Shown: positions 43,601 through 55,900 of the stretch, piece by piece | How positions within the stretch are numbered: the stretch's first letter is position 1 | Layout: every line of letters begins with the position of its first letter | Origin: Thecamonas trahens ATCC 50062 | Taxonomy: Eukaryota; Protista; Apusomonadida | Direction of reading: 5' to 3' | DNA: 64,000 nt | NCBI RefSeq assembly: GCF_000142905.1 | Contig: NW_013657640.1 | Location: 61,208-125,207, forward strand | Notes under the pieces: model-generated | What the model was told of the DNA's origin: nothing | Database searches by the model: none | The model's input: the letters and a program-made list of their open reading frames with translations, nothing else | Translations under genes and position numbers: made by a program

Positions 43601-46600
43601 GTTGCTGCTCTCGCACCGGTTCCTGGCCACTGTCACCCAATCGCCGGGCCGGCGCCAACTCTTTGACCGTGCCCGTGACAAGTGGGGCGACCAGTTTGCC
43701 AACAAGCTGCATTCGGCTGTCGACTTGACGCTCAGCTCTGGCGCTGTACGCGATCCCAACTCTGATGCGGCCGTCGGCGAGCTCTTTTCTGCCATTCAGG
43801 CTTCGCTCGATGTCGTGTCCCGGTCACAATCGCGAACATCGCGCTCGGCCTCTGTAGTGTCGGCTGCGTCTCGCTCGCGCTCACGCTCGGCCTCGCGTTC
43901 TCATGGAGACCGCTCCGACTCAGTCAGCCGCGAGGCTTGCACATCGGCATCGAGCTCGCCTCGCGCCCTTTCGCGCAACTCGTTCTCTATGGCTCTCCCG
44001 TACGCACCCCAGCGCGAGGCGTACGTTCCCTCGCAGATACGGTCTCGACCGTCGTCGATCTCCCCGCGTCCGGCTTTAAGTCCTGTTCAAGTATCCGGCT
44101 CGTCGTCGTCGTCTCCATCGTCTTCAGCAGCAGAGAGCGCTTGCGTGAAGCAGAGCTCAAGCTTGAGCTTGCACTCGGGCTCGCTACTCCCGAGCCCGCA
44201 ACTGCTGGACGCCCCAGTCGAGGTAGCGGTAAGCGCGCCGCGCGCCCGAATGGCTCGACATGGGCGGACACGATCCTCTACCCTCTCGCGTGGTGGCAAC
44301 AGCTCGCCCCTGGCTCGCGGCCGCCACCGGCGCGCTCGGTCCAGTACGCTCAGTGGCCAAGCGCCGCTCAAAAAGAGCCTGATGAACTGTCGTCGAGCTC
44401 GTCTAGCTCATTGTCTGAGATGCCGCTTGTCGGGGCGCATGCCGCATACGAGCCATCACCCACGTCGTTGGCCGTGGCCGCTATCGCTGCCTCCTCTGCC
44501 GATGACGTGGAGAGTCTTGTCGCCCGTGGCACGGCGCGGCGCAAGCTTGGCCTTCTTGCTGAGGCCAAAAGAGACTTGCATGATGCGCTGAAGCGTGCCG
44601 AGACGCGCGCCAAGCCCGTCATCGAGTACGAGCTCCATGTGACCGAGCTGTTGGGCGGCGAGCTGACGGCAGCACTCGAGTGCCTTGACCGGGCGATGAA
44701 GGTCATCACCGAGTTTGAGAAGGCTGGCGCCGTGGTTGACGACGCGCCTCAAGTCCGGGTTGCGTACGGCGATCTAATGGCTCGCGAAGGCCGCGACCTC
44801 ATGGCTCGCGCCGCATATGACAAGGCCATCCGCCAGGATCCCGAGTGCGGCCTCGCCCACTTGGGCCGTGGCAAGCTCCTCCACTCGCGGTTGGGCAAGC
44901 CGCAAGCTGCGCTTACCTCGCTCAAGACCGCAGCACAGCTGCTGCGGAAAGAGAAGCCCGACCTGGCAGCCGAGGCTTTTGCCCGCATTGCGCGGATCCT
45001 GGCGAGCTCGGCCAACCACACCGGCGCCATCGACGCGTACCTGTCATCCATGGCCTCATCGCTCGAGGCCGGCGTTGCAATCCCGCCGGCATCGGTGCTG
45101 AAGAATCTGGCGCGGTCGTACGGGGGCAACGGCGACTACGAGTCGTCGCGGGAGATGCTCGACCTTGCAGTGGCGCACTACCCGGGCGACGCGTCGGTCT
45201 TTTACCTGCGTGGCTGCCTGCGGCGGCTTTGTGAGCCGCGCGGCGCGCTGACCGACCTCTCGATTGCCATCACGCTTGCACCCGGCGAGCGGCCTCGGGC
45301 GTACTTTAACCGCGCTCTCGTCTATGTCCACCTCAAGCGGTACCCCAATGCGCTGGCCGACTACAAGGATGCGGTGCGGATCTCGCCCAAGTGGGCGGTG
45401 GCACACGTCAACATTGCTCTGGTGTACATGAAAATGCGCAAGTTCCAGTTTGCGCTTGATGCCATCTCGGCGGCGCTCGATGCCGACACGTGCTACATGC
45501 GGGCTTTTCACACGAGGGCGCACTGCTACCTGCTAATGGAGCTGCCGCAGCACGCCGTCTCCGACTACACGCGGCTCATTCACGTCACGCCTGATGAGGC
45601 ACCGTTGTACGTGTACAGGGCGCGGGCGCTGATCCTTCTCGGCAAAAAGCGGGCCGCCAACATCGACTACGCCACGGCCGTGGCGCTGCACCAGACTGCA
45701 ACAACCGCGCCGACCGCGCCAGGCCTCCTCCGCCAAGCAGTGAGTCAAGCCAGACTTGCTATGCGTGCGCCGAGACGTGGCCGAAGCCGCATCGCCACTG
45801 TCGCTGCCGAGGGCTCGCACGCCAAGATGCCATCGGCGTTTTTGCGGTCTGGGCGGGCGCTGCTGGCATCGGGCAAGTATGAGCAGGCGGTCGACGAGCT
45901 GCGGCAAGCGGTGGGCGTGCAACCCAACTCGGGTGCGGCGCACGTTGAGCTGGCGCGCGGCTTGCTGCGGCTGCACAAGGTCGAGGAGGCGGTGATGGTG
46001 CTCTCGCGTGGCATTGCAGGCGAGCCGTCGTTTGGCGAGGCGTGGCACCTGCGCGGCCTGCTTCGATTCCAGCTTGGCTACTTTGCAGCGGCTAAGTCGG
46101 ACTTTGACGCGGCGATTGCAGCCGACCCGGACCAAGTCGACGCGTACCTCTCGCGGGCAGTCTACCATGAGCGCCGCGGCGAGACGGCGCTCGGCATCCG
46201 CGACTGCCTGGCGGCGATTGCCAAGGACCCGACGTTTGCGCGGGCGTACGTCAACCTCGGCGCGCTCAAGTTCCGCCTCGGTCACATCGGATCGGCGGTG
46301 GCCAACCTTACGCGGGCCATTCGCCTGCAGCCGCGCTCGCGTGTTGGTCTCTACAACCGTGGAGCCATCTACCACGCCTCAGGCGTCCTGCTCGAGGCTC
46401 TGGCCGACTACACTGCTGTCCTCGAGGCCCATCCTACGTTTGCTCTCGCATATCGCAACCGCGGACTTTTGTACTACGAGCTTGGCCTTTGGGCCGAGGC
46501 CGTCTCAGACCTCAACTTGGCGTCAGCGCTGCTCTCCAACTCGGAGAAGGAAAAAGAAGCTACCCGACGGACCCTTAATCCGACTTTGTCGAACGTCGAG

Positions 46601-48447
46601 CAGCGGCCGAGGCGCAAGCGGCGGCGGCGCGCGACGGCGGCCAGCGCGACCAAGCCTCGCAAGACACAAAAGTCAACTGCCAAACAAGCCACGCATGCAG
46701 CAGCATTGGCTTCGTCGTCGTCTTCTTCGTCTTCTTCTACCTCGTCTTCCTCGTCATCAACCTCGTTGTCATCGTCGTCGTCGTCGTCGTCGTACTCGTA
46801 CACCTACACTGACGAGTGCTCGAGCGAGAGCGGCGGCGATGCAGCATCAAGTGCAGCCGGCCTACCGCCCATCTTCCTCAACGTTGAGGCCAACATTGCA
46901 GACGAGGATGCAAAGGACAGCGACGAGACGTCGGAGATGTTCCAGATGGCGAATGTTGTGGGCGAGTGTCTGGTGAGGCTGGGCCGGACCAAGCTTGCAC
47001 TTGTGGCGTTTACGCGGGCGCATCGGCTGGTGCCTCACTCTGCGCTGCCGCTGTTTGGACGCGCCGAGGCGCGGCTGGCGACGCTCCATGCCACGATTGC
47101 AGCGGACGACGGGCGAAGGGCGCTCGATGCTGCGCTGTGCGATGTGCAGCGTGGGCTTATGGTTGCGCCAGACTCGGGGCGTGGATACGCGCTGCTGGGC
47201 CGGATTCTGCAACGGGACGAGCGCGTGCAACAGGGATGGCAGGCGTTTTCGACAGCGGTGGTGCTGGCGCCAAAGTGCGTCGAGGCCTGGTATGGACGGG
47301 CGCTGCTGCTGCTCGCAGGCGAACGGTTCCAGGGCGCGCTGATGGATCTCAATGCGGCGCTCAAGGTGGCGACGACGCCGCAGCTGCGGGCCAAGGTGCT
47401 GTCGACGCGCGGCGTGGTCCTTGCGCACATGGGCGTACCGCAGGAGGCTGAAGCCGAATACGCCAAGGCGATCAAGGCCGACCCGCGGTGCCACGAGGCA
47501 GCCTTCAACCTGGCAGGCTCGCTGTATGCGCGGGGTGAGGTTGTTGCGGCGGTGGAGCAGTACCGGGCTGTGGTGGCGCTGTGGCCTGCGGACGCGGTTG
47601 CGCGCAACAACACCGGCGTCTGTCTAGCGTCGCTCGGCGAGCTAGAAGCCGCGCTGAGCGAGTTCGACGCGGCGCTTGCGCACGATCCGCAGGGCGGGAT
47701 GGTGAGCTCGGCGCTAGTGGTGACGGACGCCAAGCTGGCGCACCACATTGCGCACGAGGCCGAGCTTGCGCACGGCGAGCGGTCGATGGCCGACGTCATT
47801 CTGTACAACCGGGCCGGGTGCTGGCGGCGCTTGGAAAGCACGCCGAGGCCGCTAACGACTACGGGCGAGTGCAGCATGTGCTCGCGGTGCGTGATGAGTC
47901 TGTGGCGCACCTACAGCGGAAGGCACAGCCACGCGATCCGGAGGCAGTGGAGCGGAAAAAGAGCATGCGGCGGTTGCGCAAGTCGATGTCACGACTGCGG
48001 CTGATAGATCAATCGGCGGCAACCAAGGACGCAGGCACGGCGGCACGGCGTCGGCACCACGTGTCTGCGGCACGGATGGCACGGATCAAGCGCGGGACCG
48101 GGTCGGACCCGGTGGTGCTTGTCAAGCGGGCAAGCCAGCTGGTAGCGGCCGACCCGGAGGCGAACCTCGACGAGTCGACACATCTTGTCGAGGCAGCGCT
48201 GAACATGGACGATGAAGTGGACGTCGAGACGCCGCAAGTATTTGGCGATGACGACGTGCTGGCGTACGACGCCGAGCGGCACCGCGAGGCACTGCTGCGC
48301 AAGACAGTGGCAGCGTTCCGGCACCTCCCGCGGCAGCGGCGACTCCAGTCGGGCATGCCGCTGACGCTACTGGAAAAGGTGGTGCGGATGAAGCGGCGGC
48401 GTGACAAGGCTGTAGCGATCCTGCACGCTATGGGGCCGGCAACGTAA
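40669..48447 (+). CDS. Very large TPR-repeat protein with a Pro/Ser-rich N-terminal half, split by three -1 frameshifts (alternatively two genes)
   Basis: Overlapping ORFs 40669-43284, 42879-44591, 43937-48004 and 47581-48447, each offset by -1. Many TPRs (AYFNRALVY, AYVNLGAL, AYRNRGLLY, ARNNTGVCL). The last TPR (YNR|xxVLAALGKHAEAANDY) straddles a shift. Confidence 0.72.
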
Positions 48448-48468
48448 CCGCCCAAGTAAATTCACGGT

Positions 48469-49709
48469 TTAACTCTTGCAGCGCAGGCGCGCGACGGCTG
48501 GATTCCACGACGGCGCCAGTGCGGCACGGATGGCGACGCCCTGGGACGTCTCGGACGGGTTCTCGCTCAACACGTCGTCGACGATGGCAATCAGTTTGCC
48601 GGCCATCGACTTTGGCTCGATCGGAGCGCAGGGCGGAAGGTCGCGGGCAAGGACAGTGACAACGTTGGGCAGGACGGTGGCAAAGGTACCCGAGTCGATC
48701 GCGTGCTGCTGCACAGCGAGTGACGAACGGAGCATGGCGCCGAGGGCGTAAACAGCCTTCTTGGCAAGTGCGCTCGGACCAGAGCCGGCAAGCGGGACAG
48801 AAGTAGCAAAGGCCAGGATTTCGGGATCGTTCGAGGTGACAAGGCCGGTGGCAGCGTGGGCAAACGCGTCAACGACGACCTCAAAGAGCGAGGCGTTGAG
48901 CGCGGCGTGCTGGGCAGCCTCGTTGTTCTGCATCATGGTGCCGAGCAGCCAGAGGCTGCGGGTGGCGACCCGAGCCAAAGGAGTCGCATCGTGCGAGGCG
49001 GCCCACTGTTCGGGATGCATACGGGTGAGGCAAGCGGCGACGGCATGCCCCCCGCGATGCCCATGAGGTCGACAGCGTTGTCGACGTGATGCGCAAGATC
49101 CTCCAGCGCCTCGAGGGCATCGAGCACGTCGGCAACATCGCCGGCATCCGGATCGGCGCAATAGGCTGCAACACGCGCGGCATTCCCGCGGAGCAGCTCA
49201 GCGCGCTCGGCCATGGCCTCCATCTCGGAGAGCTGGCCGATGAGCTCAGCAGCGGCAGCAACCGCATCATCATGCTCGAGACCCTCGAGCTCAAGAGCGT
49301 CCTCATCGATGGGCATGACATGGGCTGGCAAGCTCGATTGGCTGTCGACGGCAGCGAGCTCATCAGCTTCAGAACTCTCAGGGCAGCCGCGGAGACGTGC
49401 GTAGCGGACCTTGTTGGCCAGGTCGAGGCGGAGATCAAGACCGCCCGGGACATTCCATCCGCGGGGTACCACCTGCCATTGGCAAGTGGGAACGAGAACA
49501 GGCGACGGCGGAAGTGGAGCGAGGTCTTCGTCTGTGAGATCAACCGATGTTGGCGGAGGAGTGCTCGCTGACAAAGGCGAGTCGTCGTGCTGATTATGGT
49601 TCTCATGGTCGGGCAGAGCCACCACGGAACGGTCAGCTGCGGCCGCGACGGCAAGGCTGGCCGCCAAGAGCGCGAGAGCGAGAGTGAGAAGGACCAGGCG
49701 GTGGCGCAT
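48469..49709 (-). CDS. SIL1: SIL1/Fes1-type ER nucleotide exchange factor; 1-nt frameshift at about 49048
   Basis: Signal peptide; PTCQWQVV...VPGGLDLRLDL; LEALEDLAHHVDNAVDL; LGTMMQNNEAAQ; KKAVYALGAMLR. Confidence 0.82.
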
Positions 49710-50091
49710 GAGGCAGACAGACACGAGTTGGGTGGGTGGGTGGCTTCCCTGCGTGGGGTTGGAGGGGAGGGGGGAACTTGCGCGGTTTTGAGGTGACGGG
49801 TGTCGCTGACGTCGGCGGTCAGGTTGCTCACCACCGACGACGTCGGGAGGGGGGGGGGGGGGGGGGGGGGGAGTCAGTTGCGTAAGGGGATGATTGGTCG
49901 GTTGTGTATGGAGATGGTCGGCTACGTGCGGGTATGATCGGTCGGCTACGTACTGCCGTGCGGGTGTGATCGGCTGCGGTTGATGTTGGCTGCGATCGCG
50001 GTCGGCTGCGGTTGATGTTGGCTGCGGTCGCGGTCGGCTGCGGTCGCGGTCGGCTGTGGTCGGTGCGATTAAGGCAGGTGATGCAACGGAA

Positions 50092-51378
50092 TCAAGTGCG
50101 CTTGCGCTTGCGCTTGCGCCGCCAACGAGATGACGGCGTGCCTGCATAGGCTGAGGCGTGGGTCGGTGGCGGCGCGTCATCAGGCGCATAGTGCTCCACA
50201 AAGGCGCGGTCGGCGTCGGTGAAGAGATCCGGAAAACGCGGAGTCCAGAGGTCGAGAAAGGCGGCGAGGACGCGGACGTAGCCCGAGTCGTGCAGCGCGG
50301 CACGCTTCATCGACTCGAGCATGTCGCGCGCGTTGTCGACATTGATCGAGTTCTCGGTGATGGCTACCGACGGCTCGACATTGAGGACGGCGTGCCACCA
50401 GCCTTGAGGAACGTAGAGGATGTCACCCGGTCGCTGGTCGCAGTAGATGGGTGCGTGCTGGTCGGCAAGGAACGGCGCGGTCTTCGCAAACCACTCAAGA
50501 GCCGAGATGGCCGAGCACTCCTGTGGCCCGCCCCACGACTCTGACGGGGCGCAGAACCGGGTGGAGAGGCCGGGCATTTCGGTGCCATACAGGCCGGGCG
50601 GCGAGTACACATTCGGCGGATAAAAAGCCCACGTCTTGCGGCCCGATACCAGTGCATTCCACGCCGAGGTGTTGAACGGATCGGTATGAAAGGCCGAGCC
50701 CGAGCGCGGCGGCCCGATGAGGAGCCATCGCCAGTCGGGCGCCAGTCCGTCGGGCATTCCATCCCACATGTTCCGCCGCAGGCCCGGCGGACGCATGTAC
50801 GCCTCGCCTAGCTCGGGATGCGAGGCCAAAAACGGGGCGTCAAAGGCGTACGCCGGGTTGGCATCGCCGTTGTCGGCCATGTACTCAAGGTAGTCCTTGA
50901 AGCGGACGGTCCCCTTCCTCCGCGCGTCCTGCACCACCAGCTGGTCATTAGCATAAGCCTCCTCCATGGCAGCGAGATCAAACTTGCCCAACCCGGGCCA
51001 GCTATCCATGGCACCACGGATAACGATGGGGACGTTTGCGCGGACGTAGTCGAGCTCAGCCTCGGCATCGCCCATGGCCTCCAGCTCCGCCTGGAGCTCA
51101 TCGACATGGATGACTTCCAGCCCGTGACACGACTCTGCTCCCAGCCCTTCCACCAGCGCCTCCACATCGTAGTTCTCCCAGTAGAAGCGACGGTCAGCCC
51201 GCGCCCGTTCTGCCGGAAGCTCATCCAGCACCAGATGGACCGGATGGCTCATGTGTGGCCAGAGGGCCAGCCGAGGCGGCCGAGTGTGCGGCGGCGGAGG
51301 TGGCTGGGATGCCAGCGAGGATGCCACCAGGACAACAGCCACCAGTCCAACAATGGTCACTGCATGAAAGTAGACCAT
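50092..51378 (-). CDS. JmjC dioxygenase (JMJD6/JMJD4/JMJD8-like) with a predicted signal peptide
   Basis: WRWLLIGPPRSGSAFHTDP...AWNALVSGRKTW...QRPGDILYVPQGWWHAVLN (HxD...H). Hydrophobic N-terminus. Confidence 0.88.
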   Translation of the reverse strand: MVYFHAVTIVGLVAVVLVASSLASQPPPPPHTRPPRLALWPHMSHPVHLVLDELPAERARADRRFYWENYDVEALVEGLGAESCHGLEVIHVDELQAELEAMGDAEAELDYVRANVPIVIRGAMDSWPGLGKFDLAAMEEAYANDQLVVQDARRKGTVRFKDYLEYMADNGDANPAYAFDAPFLASHPELGEAYMRPPGLRRNMWDGMPDGLAPDWRWLLIGPPRSGSAFHTDPFNTSAWNALVSGRKTWAFYPPNVYSPPGLYGTEMPGLSTRFCAPSESWGGPQECSAISALEWFAKTAPFLADQHAPIYCDQRPGDILYVPQGWWHAVLNVEPSVAITENSINVDNARDMLESMKRAALHDSGYVRVLAAFLDLWTPRFPDLFTDADRAFVEHYAPDDAPPPTHASAYAGTPSSRWRRKRKRKRT

Positions 51379-51573
51379 GGCTATGGAGTGGGGGGGGGGG
51401 GAGCGAGAGAGAGAGAGGTGGTGGTGTGGTGACCGTGGTGGCTGTGGCTGGGAGACGGGCACCAACGTCTCGATCGACCGCCTGACAGAGCTGAGTCGGT
51501 GGGTCGGTGGGTCGGTGGGTCGGTGGGCCGGGGGCGGTGGCACCGGCACTTGTCTAACGAGTGGAGACTGGGT

Positions 51574-52200
51574 ATGTCGGGCAGAGTCAACGTGGTTTGG
51601 AAAGGGTCTGGACGGCAAAGCGAGAGCAGGCGCGGGCGGGAGTGTGGCCGGCCGGCGGGAGCGGCAGGGGCTGGTGCGAGCGCCGGCGATGGTCGGTCCG
51701 CAGCTGGCAATGGGGTCAAGCGCGAGCTGCAGCAGCTGGCAAGCGGTCGGGCGAGCTCGCTGTCGCCACAGATCGAGCGCCGGCTCGAGGTCGCGCCCAT
51801 CCGTCGAAGATCGACGGCGTTTGGACGGGCAATGGCGTCGTGGCGGGCAGAGGAGGACGAGGCGCAATTGAGACCGTTTCCGTTGCATGTGGAAGAGGGC
51901 CGGGCGCTGCTGCGGGCGCTGCGGGCAGAACGCGACCATGGAATTCCGGTCCCGCTCCCGGCGAGCCTGTCGCCAGGTCCTTCATCGATGAGACCTGCAA
52001 CCGTTGAGGCGCTGGTTGGCGATGCCTCTGTCACTAGCTCGCCATCGCTCTGTCCTGAATCGGCCACTCCGCCACCACTCTTTGACGCCCATCACTCGCT
52101 TGACTTTGCGCTCTACGGCCAGGGTCGGATCGTTCCATCACCGCCCGCCACCCGCCCGCCGCCGCTAACTGCGCGGTTCACAGTGGCGAAAGACACCTGA
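51574..52200 (+). CDS. Hypothetical protein
   Basis: ATG-initiated ORF divergent from the JmjC gene with a helical-looking central part. No motif recognised. Confidence 0.4.
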   Translation: MSGRVNVVWKGSGRQSESRRGRECGRPAGAAGAGASAGDGRSAAGNGVKRELQQLASGRASSLSPQIERRLEVAPIRRRSTAFGRAMASWRAEEDEAQLRPFPLHVEEGRALLRALRAERDHGIPVPLPASLSPGPSSMRPATVEALVGDASVTSSPSLCPESATPPPLFDAHHSLDFALYGQGRIVPSPPATRPPPLTARFTVAKDT

Positions 52201-52990
52201 TCTACCCGCCCCATATCTACAACACCTGATCAGGCCAAAGACCTCAACTCAATGACCTTGGTATGGTATCGCACTCCAGCCACAGCCCAATCTTGTCGAT
52301 GCGGACGGCTGCGTCGTTAACACTTTGCTTCATCGTCATGATCACCCAAGCGAGTGGGCCAATGACAACGATGTCAACCAAAATCACGATGACCATGGAG
52401 ACCATGACCATGGAGACCATGAGGAGATTGAGGACATTGTCAACCATCTTGACGACAAGAACCGGAAATGGATGCGTGTCGTGATCAAGCCAGAGCAGCT
52501 TGAGCCTAGCTCGAGCCGCCTGCAGGGAGATGAGGGAGGGGAAGGGGGAAGGGGGGGGTTCACCCGCCAAAAAAAAATTGTTCAACCCAAAGTGCCTCCT
52601 CACACCTCCACGTCTCCGTCAGCAACACTCGTGTCCAAAAAGACGCATAGCGAGGATATGGCGCTTGACGGACAGCCTACTCGAGGCGTAGGTTTGGAGG
52701 AGGGGGGGGGGGGGGGGTAGTGGTGGGAGGGAGGGGGAGGGGGGGAAGGGAAGGGGGGGAAGGGGGGAGGGGTCGGTTATCCAGCCCCGGGGGCGGGGGT
52801 TGGTGGTGGCGGGGGAGCCCAGGCGGGGTTGGTGGTGGAGTTGAGGGTGGCCGGCACGTGCAGCCATGGTGATAAACTGTTTGCTTTTTTTTCGGTCCCC
52901 AATTTTTTTTTTGGAGAGGCGGCCCTTGATGGGCGCGAGTGTAGTGGGCAGGACTCAATGTGGAAGGATGTTTGTGCGTGAGAGCAGGTC

Positions 52991-55900
52991 ATGGGGTGGG
53001 TGATGGCTATGTGCTGGGTGCTGGGTGCACTGCTGGCGGTGGTGGTGGCAGCTGAAGTCGGTATACCCGATGCTTGTCTCGCTGCCGATGGCATCTATCC
53101 CCGTCATACTATCCTCGACTCGGCATCAGGTGGCGCCGATCTGGTGCTCTACGTCGATGTGGATAGCAATGGACGAGACGACGTCGTTGTTGCCATGGCT
53201 AGTGCTGGCATGTTGGTGGTGTATGCTCCGGCGAAGACTGTCGTCGACGTGGGCGTGACCGGCGTGGCCGCGATGGCTGTCGCTGATGTGGATGCCGATG
53301 CCGACGTCGACATTGTTCTCGCGCTCGCCGCTGAGCTCCGCTGGTATGCCAACAACGGTGATGGTAGCTTTGCGCCCAGCGCACTGGTTTCGTCTGCGGT
53401 TGCCGGCGCCGACTCGATTGCTATCGCTGATCTGGACGGCGACGGGCGGCCGGACCTAGCCGCGGCAGCCTCTGGCCCCGGTTCGGTTGTCTGGCTGCGC
53501 GCGACCGGTCCGCTCGGTATCTTCGCAGCGCCGGCCACGGTGGCCACGTTTCAGCTCGGTGTGCGTGCGTTGGCGGCTGTCGATGCCGACGGCGACGGCG
53601 ATGTTGACCTCGCGGCGGCCGTCGTCGGCAGCAACGCTGTTGTCTGGTTCGACAACGCAGACAGCTCTTTCACACCTCGCACAGTGGCTGGCGGTCTCGT
53701 CGGTCTCGCGCCAGCGCTTGCTACCGGTGACATCAACAACGACGGACGCCCCGACTTTGTCGCCGCCCACGCCGGGCGGGTGGTCTGGATAGCAAGCCGC
53801 TCCACGTCTGGGTGGCTTGCTCCGGCTGCGATGGTAACTGGCACCCCGGGTGTAGTCAGCCTTGCCGTGCACGACGTCAACCTTGATGGGTTTCACGATG
53901 TGGTGTTTGCGTCGGATGCTCGCGCTGCCTGGGTCCCCACAGCCGCGGATGGCGGCTGGCTTGGTCCGCAGCAGAACGTGACTGACTCGTTGACCGCCAT
54001 CCGTGCTTTGGCGGTGTCATCAGCCGGCGGCGCTGAGACTGGGACCAGAATGGCGGTTGCCACCGGAAACACCGTTGACGCCGTCGTCGAATATGTGCCG
54101 CGCGCCGCCAATGCCTCGCTTCGTAGGCTGGAGACTGTTCACAGTAACTCAGGCTACCTGTCCGACTTAACCACAGCAGATCTCAATGGCGACTCATACC
54201 TCGACCTCATCAGCGCGGTTGCAGGCGGTGGTGTTGTGTGGTACCCAAACCTTGCTGGTACTTTTGGCGCACAGATCCAGATCGCCGGAACCGTTGACCG
54301 TTCTCGGCGAGTTCGTGTCGGTGACATGGACGGTGATGGCGATCTGGATCTGGTTGTCACATCATCGGGAAGCGACTTTTCGCCCGGTAAGGTGGCCTGG
54401 TTCGAGAACCTCGATGGCAAGGGCTCATTTCCTATCGAGAGCATTGTCTTGTCCGGCGTCCTCACGTCGCCGCAGGCGCTCGATCTTGGCGACATCGACG
54501 GTGACGGTGACCTTGACATTGGTGTCACCTCGCTCAAAGACGAATACAACAGCGCGTCCGAGCAGGTGGCCTGGATTGAGAATCGACTGCGTGAGCCACA
54601 GGCCGACTTTGCTCCCCCGGTCATCATCGAAGACCCTGTCGACTCGGCTAACAACCTTGTGCTTGCTGACTTGGACGGAGACGGAACAGTAGACATGGCT
54701 GTTGCCTGCACTGCTGCGGCATCGGGCACCCGCATGTATCTCAACACCAACGGCGACGGATCAGCTTGGTCATTTGTGCAGCTCGCACCAGCATACGGTT
54801 ATTCAGTTGCAATCTTTGTCGCAGACATGAACCGCGACAGCCTCGTCGATCTTGTACTCCGCGCCTCGGACCTGATCTGGCTGGAGAACGGCGGCAGTGG
54901 GAATTTTTCCACCATTCACACCATATCGTTGGCCCCGCCGTCGTCCGTCAACCTTGTCGACTATGACCATGACGGTGACCTGGATGTCCTGGGCGACGTT
55001 CGCTTCGACGACTTTGGCTGGTATGAGAACCTCAATGGCCTCGGCTCGGTCTGGTCGGCCAAGCAGATCCTCTACTCGTCCTCACTCACGTTGGACACCG
55101 CGCTCACGTTTGACGTCGACTTTGACGGCGACTGGGACATCGTCATTGTCGAGAGTGACGTTGGCGCCGATCTCAACATGCTCCGCGGTGACGTTCGTTC
55201 GGCGCTCACGCCGCTGGCCACCACGACGGACATGCGCGAAATGGCACGGCTGTCGTCGATCTGCCGCACCGTTCCGCTCACCATGGCGTGCGTCCACCAC
55301 CAGGCTTCGATGGCTATGTCAGCGTGCGCTGCGAGCACACTAGTCCTCCCTGTGGGCGTGTACACAGGCTGTCGTAAGGACAGCCACGTGACGATCTCGG
55401 GTCTCTTTCTTACCATGGCTGCCAGCGGTGAAGCTGGCGCGGTCACCTTTGACTGCAACGCCGCCGGCGGAGTACTCTACACCGTGTCCGATGGCGGCGC
55501 ACTAACGCTGAACGGCATGAACATCTATGACACAACCACCGGGAGCATCGGTGCTCAAAGCTCGCCCGGCCTGCGGGTGGTCGGCTCAAGATCGATGCTC
55601 AAGCTCAAGGACGCGCAGATGGTGCGCTGTGCAGCGGGTCTTCAGCTGGACTCGCGCGAGGTGACTGACGCTGGCCGCGGCGGTGCGATTGTCGTCGCTG
55701 ACGGTGCGCTGCTGGTGGCTGAGAACGTCCGATTCACACAGTCCAGCGCAGCGAACGCTGGCGGTGCCATCTTTGCTCGGGATGCCGGCACACGAGTCTC
55801 TCTGCTCGCCACCACGATCGAGCTTAGCTCTGCTGGCAGCAATGGTGGTGGTGTGGCAGTTGTCGATGGCGCGCGGATTGAGGCCGATGCCGCAAGCGTG

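Noticed and set aside
52325-52720. His/Asp-rich ORF (HDDHGDHDHGDH...KWMRVVIKPEQLEP)
   Set aside because: No ATG at the ORF start, partly made of 9-bp repeats, no recognisable domain; cannot be supported as a gene or transposon fragment.
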